Below, piece by piece: positions 1 to 9,745 of a stretch of DNA of 20,000 nucleotides. The DNA is taken from positions 48,003-68,002 of the forward strand of contig KZ538470.1 in assembly GCA_000934665.2 (NCBI GenBank), written 5' to 3'. Position 1 is the first letter of the stretch; every line of letters begins with the position of its first letter. Under the pieces are notes generated by a model. The model was not told the origin of the DNA, searched no databases, and saw nothing but the letters and a program-made list of their open reading frames with translations. The stretch is from Catajapyx aquilonaris. Taxonomy: Eukaryota. The position numbers and the translations under genes were made by a program.

Positions 1-1636
1 AGTCTTGTAGGCCGCAGAAGAGAGCTGATTGGTTGACTCTCATAACTTCTTCTTAAGGCGGAGCACACGAAGCATGCACAACACGACTAGGCTTTTCTTC
101 CGATAAGTTACCATAGAGTAAATTGGTCAAATTGGCTTCCATTACGGCCAGGCGACCGAAATTTGCTGATGGCCTTTGTAATTTATTCCCTTCAATGGCG
201 CCAAGAGCTCTCGACTCATTAGTCAACTGGGCGCATCAACCTTGCCTTTGAAAAGTGGGGGAAGCTTCACCCTACCCTTCGCCAATTAACAATTCATTTC
301 CTGCAATTACTTTTCCACTTAGCCGAATCTCTTTCACACGCATTTACCAACGGAAATTAACCCAATTGCTTTCAATTTCCGTAAGCTACCGCCCGCCTCA
401 TGGTTTACTGATATTAAGCCTTCATTACCTCCTTTTTCAATATCAGTGTCTATCACTTATGCTGGGTCGAAGATGGTGTCACATGTACCACAAACATCAC
501 TGAACATCACTGTCCAGGCTAAGATGGTTAAGTTCTGTTCACATTTTTATGGAATAACCGCCCCTGAGGCAACACCATACCTCTTTGACTCATGAGACCG
601 CGTTGGTTCCTACCATCCCTGTCTAGCAGTTTCCGGGTTTCCCAGCGAGGCCTGCTCCTTCTGAGATAAGATTTATTTCAGCTTTCAAGGCTGTGACAGG
701 CGACACTATTTCCAGCTGGTAAGTAGGTGGCAATAGTACTGGCGAGAGGCAGGTAAATAAATGCCATTCTGGCCCTCTTGTTATACTGCGCAGAGGCATT
801 CTGGACTGTCCAATTTGTCCCCTAGCTCTGGACACGAAACAAGCCGCATATCTGGCCACACCAGGCGAAATTAGCTGCATGCGTGGCATGCGTCTTGTTG
901 CGTGCACCTCACGGTATAGGCTAAAATTACGCTGATGGATGATTACGACTACATAGGCTCGCCGACCCGATAAAGCCGACGCTTAAGCAGCCATTTTGAT
1001 TATCTTCTCAATATATTTTAATGCCTAATCGCGCCGATACGTTATCACGACCACCGGAATTTACGAACCTGCTCGCTTAACTACGTACAGTAGATTTAGG
1101 TCTGCCGCACTTGGTTTCGACCTAAGGAACGTCACTGTCACTAACCGTGCTTCCATCTATCAGACACAACTATAAAGCAAACGTGGATGTAGATGTCATC
1201 AGATATCATCCCATTTCTGCTGGTTGAAAATAAATTCACTTCGAGGATTCACCCGTGAAAGAAATCCAGAGAAACATTTGACAGGGAAACTGTTGTTGTT
1301 AAATCCAGAATAACGTAGAAAAAATGGTGCTAGTGTGCCTTAACGCCACCTTTGTTGCCTAACCTGAACTGAGAGCGTACAAAATCAAATCCTTCCTACT
1401 CTGTCTCCAAACCCAGCGGTAATAATGAAATGCAAATTGGGGCGGGTCCAGATATCCTCCGCCACTAATAACTCTAATTAAAGCATTTGGTAACCGTCGA
1501 GGACAAAGTTTCCCGGGTCGCGGACAAAAGTTTGGTCCCTGAGACCACCAGATGGACCCCCCTTTGTCCCAAAAGTACTTGAGCCCCGGAACTTGGGCTG
1601 CACTATTTCTTGGGTGATTTTGCTGGGACAACTTTG

Positions 1637-1640
<4 letters not shown>

Positions 1641-1696
<56 letters not shown>

Positions 1697-1704
1697 CCCC
1701 CCCC
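1641..1704. repeat. (TC)27 microsatellite followed by a poly-C run
   Basis: Perfect TC repeat 1641-1694, then C run to 1704; explains the ER/SL-repeat ORFs. Confidence 0.98.
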
Positions 1705-2539
1705 AAAGGATCATTACTGTGATGAGACTCGGCCCCCTTTTCCAGAGATGGAGACACGTGATGCGGTGTGCCCCGTTTGATCAATTCTGTTACGCCGAAG
1801 CCGACATATATACTTAGGCGAGGAAAGGTTCTCCGTCTAACAAAAGACGTTTCGTGCACAAGCGGCATTAAAGCGACATATATCCATCCCCAGCCCCAAT
1901 CACCCGGCGGCACATGTATGATTTCAGAAATTACCGGCGTTCCTACAAAAAGCCAGGGTAATTAAGCCAGTGGAAATGGGACTCTTTAATTACCTTCCTT
2001 ACTTCGTCAACTAGAGACGGTGCAAATTATCCCGGAAGCGTATCATTACCGCGGTTGCCACCGATAGTATCGGAGTACAAAGGCGGCCCCAAGCCCCGAC
2101 CTCAATGCCAACAATAGGGTCGAAAACACGGCGCAGTACGTTTATCATGCTAGTAAATGAAATCTATCTAACCGTTACGGTATATTTTAACCGGTTTAAC
2201 TATTGGAATTCAGCAGCGTAAATAAAAGGCGCCAGTCGTGCATGCGTCACACTCCCAAGTGTGTGTGGCCATGGCAGGGAAAAGAGGGAAGGAAGGCATG
2301 GACGTGAGTGATGTAATGCTTTCGACTTATGGGCACAAAAATAACGAGGTGCAATACATGACGATATCACTATTTTCAGGCAAACAAAAATTATAGCATT
2401 GAAACAGTGGTATGCCTCAGTGATGGCAGAGTAAAACAGATCAAATTAGGCCAGGAGGAAGGAGGGGAAGGCCAGTGGCACGCAATGTAATTCCGTTGTT
2501 GACAGTCATCGTTGCCCATTGTGTCATCACTTCTGTTCT

Positions 2540-2740
2540 CTAACCGCATGAACAAGCCATGCGGAAGTAAACAGCCATGTACCGGAATGCAACGCTACCA
2601 TTCAAGTTCGCCGCCTTAATGGCGGAGTCTTTTTCTCCAAATTTTTCTCCCATTTCAAAGTAAGGAGGGAAACTGCTTTTTCCCTAAGCACCTTCCTAGA
2701 CGCCATAGGCACGTGCTCTTCAAATATGACGGAGCAAGGA
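2540..2740 (-). pseudogene. Possible decayed LINE ORF2 linker (between endonuclease and RT)
   Basis: Minus-strand IFEEHVPMASRKVLREKAVSLLTLKWEKNLEKKTPPLRRR resembles the 'LDKHVP..R......PWLT......KK..LRRR' linker of CR1/L2/Jockey ORF2; by-eye similarity only. Confidence 0.3.
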
Positions 2741-2917
2741 CCCTCCAGACCGCAAGAAATGAGGCAAAAGGAGTAGAAAATCATGCTCGGCCATAAGGAC
2801 ACATGTAATTCTTTGCTAGCTTCACTCTGCTGTCGTCTGGTGCTCCGTCTTCACTTCAGTCCGCCAGACCCGCAACGAGAAGCTGGGATAAACTGCAATA
2901 GGTTACCTTGTGTCCAA

Positions 2918-3046
<129 letters not shown>

Positions 3047-3184
3047 GAGCTATGTATGCCAGTATACGTTATTTAGGCCGACAAAGCAGTTTTGCAAGAA
3101 ACTAATTTAGTTTTTGCGCAAAAGACTCGCTGAAGACTCGAGAAATATCGCAATTCCTCTATAGTGATGTAGATGTCAATTCAC

Positions 3185-3640
3185 TCTGCCGGTATGGAAC
3201 CGAGCAGCCGCAAGCCTACCCCAGAGCCTCCCACATACTCTGCACATATGCACCAAATCAATATCAATTTCCAACCATCCCTCCCCATCAGCGGAAAATA
3301 GGCCACATGTTGGAAACCACTGCCAGTGCGCCAATCAGGATTCACATCCAAATCGATACCCGAATTTGGGACCATTTTTAAAAATCTTTACGAATGTTGT
3401 GAACAAGTAGGAACTGAAGCTCTGCAGCATATGTAGTACTGATAGTCAACTGCACTCTAGTACCCACGAATAGTTCTGATGTCCTCCACCCACGGCCCTG
3501 CACCTAAATCAGGATCGAGTCTAATGAGGCGCATGTCCCAACATTTCGTCTGGTACGGTGCACACCGACAAAGTTGCACGCTCGGTTATCTGATGACAAG
3601 AAACTTTCAAACCCGTTCAAACGTGCCCCGATACACTACT
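3185..3640 (+). pseudogene. Heavily decayed non-LTR retrotransposon RT, N-terminal part
   Basis: Frameshifted plus-strand peptides in the expected order: LPVWNRA (P..WK.A), KSISI (RPISL), LPVRQSGFTSKS (LP..Q.GF...S), GYLMTRNFQTR (SYLTNRTFQV). Confidence 0.45.
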
Positions 3641-3767
3641 CAATTTATTTTCCAGGCCAAGATTTCCCACTTACCAGCCTGTAGGTGGTAACGTGAAAAC
3701 CGTGATGCGATTGGTGAGGAAATCCAGGCTGTTAGTCGAATCCCAAATGTGATCTCACGGGCAGAGT

Positions 3768-3814
3768 AGAGAGAGAGAGAGGGAGGAAGAAGAAGAAGAA
3801 GAAGAAGAAGAAGA
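3768..3814. repeat. (GA)n plus (GAA)9 purine microsatellite
   Basis: AG repeat 3768-3781 and GAA x9 at 3786-3812. Confidence 0.95.
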
Positions 3815-4266
3815 GACGAGATCTCCAGATTCCATCGCCATTTCTACTTCCCCAGTTCTCGATCTGAGCTTGCTTTGAAACGAGAGAATAATGCCGCTGG
3901 CACCCCTGCTCGCAATAATAGTAATATTGAGGAACGTAGGGAGGCAGGGAATGGAGGGTGAGCTGCACTCCAGCCCTTCCGCATGAGCCGCAACTCCCCT
4001 CATGTGGTTTCAGTTTCGGATCCAAATGAAACTTCTCACCTTGTCAATCCCTGCAGCTCTACGAATACGCCAAAATGCAGCCTGGAATCCTAAAACGCTG
4101 CATGGGGTATGATTATCAGGAAACCCGAATAGCTTCCTCTGCAATATTGCTGAAATCGTCTGATGTAAGGCCTACTCAGTGCAATAATGAATAAACATAT
4201 CCGTTCATGCTGGACCCTAAGTTGAATCTTTTACTCCCATTTACATTAAAGTATCATGGGTTTATA

Positions 4267-4555
4267 ATTTGTACCCCGTGCTAGGGCCATGGGCCCTCTT
4301 AGGGGGGTGGAATACCACCATTTTTTCTATCTGGAACTCTTGCTTCCGTTTTTACTTCTCGTATATGGGGATGGGATAGGGACGGAAGGAAGCGGCTGTG
4401 GCCTATAATTACGGATACGACCCAGGAATATTCCTGGTGAGACCATGGGAAACCACAGAAAACCACGGTCAGGATCGGCGCCCACCGGGATTCGAACCCA
4501 GGACCTCCCGATTAGCAGTCGGATACCATATCCCCTCCGCTACCACTGCTTCAGT
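4267..4555 (-). mobile_element. tRNA-derived SINE, apparently full length, with 16-bp TSD
   Basis: Exact direct repeat GTATCATGGGTTTATA at 4251-4266 and 4556-4571. The minus strand starts with an A-box-like TGGTAGCGGAGGGG and a B-box GGTTCGAATCC, followed by body GGTTTTCTGTGGTTTCCC...GGCCACAGCCGCTTCCTTCC, which resembles Lm1-like insect SINEs (from memory). Confidence 0.9.
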
Positions 4556-5404
4556 GTATCATGGGTTTATATTTAGTTTAAAGGACAAATAAATCTAACC
4601 TGCAAGCTCGCGTTATGGCACACAGGATTGCATCAGGAATTTAAAGGGAGTAAACCGGAATTTAATAAACAAAATGATTGAATAAAAATTTAAGACTATC
4701 CAATTCCTATTCGATTCAATGTAGGTACTGAACTTAGGTGTGGTTTCTGTCTCGCTCACTGGCAGTCAAGACCACTCTGCAACGCATATTTACTTGCAAG
4801 TAAGGCGTGTGCATACAGTATCTCCTGCGCATCCTGGCTGGAGTTTAAATCTTGACAAGTAAGCAGGATAGATTGCAGGCTCGTTAGCCCTGCTCGCATG
4901 CGAGAATATTTCCATCCAAAGCCCCCCACACTTTGAAGGCCCTTCACATACAAGAGAAAAGGGATTTCCCCCTACTCTCCTCACATCCTCCTCCCACCTC
5001 CTCTCTCTTCATCCCAAAATCTGAGAGGGGAGTCCCTCCACCAAATTGCGGTAAACTAGCTTGGCAAACACATTTGGCAAGGGCCGACAGAGGAGGAGAG
5101 TGGGGTGCGGGGGGCAAAGGCTGGCTCCTTTGCCAGGCGCCGTAATCAAGTCCGCCGAATCCTTGCCAAAAGAATAGCAGTCGAGCGAAACAAAGTTGCA
5201 CTTAATGGCGCACGCCTCGTACGCCCACTCTCTCCCAAAACAAAAAGGAAACAAAAGGTCGTAAACCCTGGCAGCGTGCTCAATGACGGAAAAGAGTCCA
5301 ATCAAGGTGTCGGACCCAATGTCAAGGGCCCTTCATCCTGCCCGGATTATTCAAAGCTCGGAACACCTCATACGTTAACGGTCGGTGATTACCGGCTTGG
5401 AAAC

Positions 5405-5418
5405 CTGCCATCTGGTGG
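5405..5418 (-). promoter_or_regulatory. CTCF-like motif CCACCAGATGGCAG
   Basis: Plus strand CTGCCATCTGGTGG matches the CTCF core consensus; motif match only, no binding evidence. Confidence 0.4.
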
Positions 5419-5639
5419 ACCGTGGGGGAAACAGGAAGTAGGACAGCGGTTTTGCAACCCTTTTTACTTCCAGCAGTGAGAAAATACCCCAGAAACAGTG
5501 CCAAAACAACCCATTTCTAGAAAAAAAAATGCAAGGTGGGCACAGTGGGCACACACCCCTTGATCCCTAACTTAAGATGAGACTGCAGTACGTTGGGAAG
5601 TATTTGAATACCTCACCAAGTTAGACGATGAGCACATCT

Positions 5640-5925
5640 CCATCGACACTGCCTACACTCTTCAGTGCACTATTCACAAATGAAATGGCCCGTTACGATG
5701 CGTTACTGCTCCCACAGTGTCATCTATGCAAACCTAATCTGCCTCATTTCAAGCACAAACTCCCCAATTCCTTGCCACACAAGTACAGTAGCACTACTGT
5801 GGTACACTGTAAGCACAAAATGCGCTCCCCACCGGCTCATCAACCATGAAAACCATGCACAATCAGTCCCCAACTTAGTGGAGTTGTTATTGCTCCACAA
5901 CAAAGGTGTACTCTTGGATTCCCGC
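5640..5925 (+). pseudogene. Decayed non-LTR retrotransposon RT, C-terminal part
   Basis: STLPTLFSALFTNEM (S.LSPTLF..FTNDM), HSVIYANLICLISS (YADD motif eroded), HRLINHEN (WRL.IN.EK) and KGVLLDSR (LGV.LDS.L) occur in canonical order with one frameshift. Confidence 0.6.
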
Positions 5926-5969
5926 TCTCCGCATTCCCTCGAATTCCAGTTGATTCCTCTGCAAGTGTA

Positions 5970-6247
5970 CAGTGTTGGTCGCGTCATACTGCTAGCGACA
6001 TTTTCCACTGCGGCAGACGTGCAAATCGAAGTGATAGAGTGCGAGCCGTGCGAATCAGAAGAGGTAGGCCTCGGATGACGTCACCGGCTGGGGGGGGCAA
6101 TGGAGAAAAATGCTTGCCCCCAGCCGGTGACGTCACCCAAGGCCTACCTCTTCTTACTCGCATGGCTCTCACTCTATCACTTCGATTTGCACGTGTGCCG
6201 CAGTGGAAATGTCGCTAGCAGTACGACGCGATTAATGTCCAACACTG
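5970..6247. mobile_element. Tc1/mariner-type palindromic MITE (278 bp)
   Basis: TA|CAGTGTTGG...CCAACACTG|TA with TA at 5968-5969 and 6248-6249. Arms 5970-6100 and 6114-6247 are near-complementary throughout, around a 13-nt loop. Confidence 0.9.
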
Positions 6248-6421
6248 TACAAGTTCAGAAGTTATACGTCTGTCAGGCCAAGCCTACGCCGCATGCGCCC
6301 AATACGCTACGTGTGGCGGACGCAATCTCCTCCGACGCAAGAGGCCAGCAGAGCAATCCGAGATGCCACAATATCGTATCAGTGAGCATGACAGGAGTCT
6401 AATACCTTTACAGCAAGTTCC

Positions 6422-6678
6422 ATATGAAGACTTCGGGGGAAGAACGATCAAGGTCCACCTCATGTGAAACTGAGATATTTCAATTTCAAATTTCAAAGGC
6501 CCATAAGGTCCTATTGTAAATCCCGCTTTCTGGATCTTCCATAGTGGACTATGATCATTACTCGACAACCACGAGCAAACCATCATATTCTACACTAGTG
6601 AAACAATCTTCTGAGATATGTAACCTCATTTTTGACAAAAAGTTGACCTTCATCGTTCTTCCCCGGAGGCTTTCATAT
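6422..6678. repeat. 37-bp imperfect inverted repeat pair, probable old DNA-transposon remnant
   Basis: 6422-6458 matches the reverse complement of 6642-6678 at 31/37; no TSD found. Confidence 0.6.
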
Positions 6679-7350
6679 TGTTTTCCTAGTGCATTAGTTA
6701 TATTCCTGTCCAAAAACTTTTATATGCTTTCCTTGTCACACAAGTAGCCGCCATCACTCCCAACCCCCACCTCCCTTGAAAAAAACTACTGCAGAATGTG
6801 CTAGCAGATAATTGAGTGATATCCTGCAAAGCTGTGCAGTGTTAGGCAAGCAAATTCATCCCGGATGATCGGGAGATATCGGGGACAAAGAGGGCTGGAC
6901 TCGGGCAGGCGGCACGTGAAATCCATTTCCCCAGCCTCCATCTACCAACCCCGCATCCCACTCCCCGTCACGTAAGTAGATATATATATACACACACCTT
7001 TTTTTTTGCTTCTTTTTCTTCTTCTTCTGCAAATGCCGTCAAAAGACTTTTAGTCATATTTCATCCACTTCCAGAACAGTTCTTGTCTCAAGCAGGACTC
7101 TCTTCTTCTCGCAAAGTGTGTGATGCCAATGATTGATTCCGTTCGCGATTTTGCAAATAGAAAAGGTAAGAAAAAAATAGGGGCGGGAAATAAAGACTGC
7201 AAAGGACAGTCACGACGAATCGAATGTTAAGATTTTCGAGAAAGGCACGTCGCGTTTGGATCTCAAATCGCAAGTTACTGGGATGTTCACATGTAACACA
7301 TATGTTAATAGTACCATGGGGGGGATCTGCGGAATTGATGGTTTGACATG

Positions 7351-8576
7351 GAGCATTTCGTGGAACGGTCGTTTTCAAAACGGACAGACCCCGAAATGCT
7401 CTTTTTAAAAAGGTCAGAACACTTTCTGGACTCAACGAAATGTCAGGACGTGAATTTTGCGTCGTGATGCCTGGTTTAGAAAACGCCCAAGACATGTTGT
7501 GGCAGTTTCTTGTTTCCCACTATGCCATGTAGATGCTGGAAATAAATCACCTTATTGTTGCTTGGCAAATTGGTGAAAATTAAATTTAAAATTTATTTAA
7601 GCATGGTAAAGCATTTAATTTAAGTAAAATTACTTCAAGATTTAATGATCCTGTTTATTAACATTATTACTTGGACATCTTTTCCCAGATACTGTTACAT
7701 CCGAATACTCGTATTTATTATCATTATTACTTGTGCGTCTTTTTTCAGGAACGGTTACCTTTAATGATTCGGCTATTTATTCTTACAGGCACTGTTAGAG
7801 TGGAACTAGGAATTACATTTCATATTACTTGAACGACAATTACATTATACTTATCGATGCAGTACCTTTTGCAAATGCAACTTACGAATCCCTGCTTACT
7901 ACTATATCTGAATTTAAATCTGAATCCAATCGAGTATGTCTGGCTCCTCTAGGAATGTTTCAGGAGTTGTAATAGGTTACGTTAATGTATCTGGGATCTA
8001 CCAGTTGGCCAGCAAAGAAGGTATTTGAGAGAGGCTGTATGTTTGCAATGAGTTCACAACTGCTGTTTCAAATTTTAAAGATCTGAACCCAGACAGTTCC
8101 TTCCAGTTCTGTATCTCTTCGATCGGATTCAGCTTTAAGTGCAGGTCATCAGCAGGGATTCGTAAGTTGCAGTTGCAAAAGGTACTGTATTGACGAGAAA
8201 ATAATGTCAATGTAGTTCAAGTAATACTAAATGTAATTCTAAGTGTCATTCTAACAGTGCCTGTAAGGACAAAATAATAGCCTAATAATATTGAAGGTAA
8301 TAGTTCCTGGAAAACGATGTGACAGGATCATCAAATTTCATGAATTCAACCAATATATTTGCCACAACGATAAGGTGATTTATTTCCAGCGTCTATACTT
8401 GCCGTAGTGGGAAACAAGAAACTGCCACAACATGTCTTGGGCGTTTTCTAAACCAGCCATCACGACACGTAATTCGCGTCCTGACATTTCGTTGAGTCCA
8501 GAAAGCGTTCTGGCCTTTTTAAAAAGAGCATTTCGGGGTCTGGCCGTTTTGAAAAGGACAATTCCGGGGAATGCTC
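7351..8576. mobile_element. Non-autonomous foldback DNA element (1,226 bp) with long TIRs and 13-bp TSD
   Basis: Starts GAGCAT and ends ATGCTC. Arms ~7351-7933 and ~8118-8576 are inverted copies, most similar in the outer ~220 bp. Exact direct repeat ATGGTTTGACATG at 7338-7350 and 8577-8589. Confidence 0.9.
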
Positions 8577-8688
8577 ATGGTTTGACATGGATCATTCTGC
8601 AGTCTGGACGGTTTTTTCGCCCAATGGCCGTTTTCGGGGGTTGAGCCTAACAGTTGCACTTCTACAGCAATGCATCATAGGGGTTATA

Positions 8689-9111
8689 CGGGGAGTTTCT
8701 AAATTCACCCGACAAACTTGTAGGGGTAATAGAGGGGGACAAGACAAATATTTTTCACATATCATATCAGGGTTCATATAAACAACGGCGCAATTCGCAA
8801 TAACCTGGCAACAACAGAGCCACCTAGCAACTAAAGCCCGCTTGCTAGGTAGCGCACGGATAGTAAACAACGGCTCTGGTGTGGCCAGGTTATTGCGAAT
8901 TGTGCCGTTGTTTACTATCCGCGCGCCACCTAGCAACTAAACGGTCAGCTCGCCTAGAGCCTCCCATCTGATGCGTCTGAGCGCACCCGTTCAGAATCTA
9001 TTGACCCCCTCTAGATGGCATTTCTGGACATGGGTTCCTATGTGAAAAATATTTGTCTCGGTCCCCTCTATTACCCCTACAAGTTTGCCGGCTGAATTCA
9101 GAAACTCCCTG
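8689..9111. mobile_element. Mariner/Tc1-type MITE with ~73-bp TIRs
   Basis: TA|CGGGGAGTTTCTAAATTCACCCGACAAACTTGTAGGGGTAATAGAGGGG (8689-8761) is inverted at 9039-9111 (...CCCCTCTATTACCCCTACAAGTTTGCCGGCTGAATTCAGAAACTCCCTG). The expected right-hand TA is not intact. Confidence 0.85.
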
Positions 9112-9133
9112 GCATAGTCTAAACTACTATTAA

Positions 9134-9412
9134 CCCTGGAACCGTGCCGTGCCTGAAAGTTACGTTAACAGTGGGGTCTTTTAGGGCCCCACGTCATATT
9201 TTAATGTTTATTAATTTGTATATAATACTTTTCAATGTATTGACTATATGCAATCATTCTTTGAACAATGCCTAAAATGATCGCTAATTCAAAATAAACA
9301 TGCGCTTCCTGTTATATACTTTTTTTAATGGCAAACAGTTCATTGTAATTGTAATTTTACTGCATTTTAATTCCTCTGGGGTCCGAAAAGACCCCACGGC
9401 ACGGTTCCAGGG
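9134..9412. mobile_element. piggyBac-type MITE (279 bp)
   Basis: TTAA at 9130-9133 and 9413-9416; perfect 18-bp TIR CCCTGGAACCGTGCCGTG; subterminal inverted repeat 9171-9191 / 9377-9397; AT-rich core. Confidence 0.92.
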
Positions 9413-9623
9413 TTAACTGCTGCTACATGTAAAGGCTTGTCCACCAACAAAACAGAAGGACTCGCAGAAGCAGGCTATTACAATACGTATATAGGTAGTC
9501 TATGTTTCCTGGTTTAAAAAGAGAGAGAGAAATAAAGTGAGACTAAAGGTAACCATCATTAATCCATCAGCTTCATGGGTTGTGGCTTGATGTTAGCGGT
9601 AAGTGAAGGCACTCAAGATGGGT

Positions 9624-9745
9624 AAAGCCAAATAAAATCTTAACGATAGTGTTGGGCTCCATACACGATGACAATTTCCCGATAATTGCTGGATCCAGAA
9701 AATCCCTTCGTATGCAGAAAACAAATCGATGATCAGACCACAACA
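9624..9745 (-). pseudogene. Possible decayed LINE RT fragment
   Basis: GLIIDLFSAYEGIFW then, after a frameshift, AIIGKLSSCMEPNTIVKILFGF; resembles 'F.DL.AAYD.VW...II.KL.......IVKIL..F'. Confidence 0.35.

Noticed and set aside
1359..1913. 184-aa ORF with ER repeat
   Set aside because: Held open by the (TC)n microsatellite; no domain similarity.
4030..4165. RT motif GVFVELQG/DKV, minus strand
   Set aside because: Single short motif that needs a frameshift; flanking support is poor.
4820..4953. R2/NeSL-like GGLG region (VGGFGW...LNSSQD), minus strand
   Set aside because: Only a four-residue motif; indistinguishable from chance by eye.
7088..8644. Two near-identical ORFs MSWAFSKP... on opposite strands as a duplicated gene pair
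   Set aside because: They are the two TIRs of the foldback element; similarity ends at the element boundary and no protein motif is recognisable.
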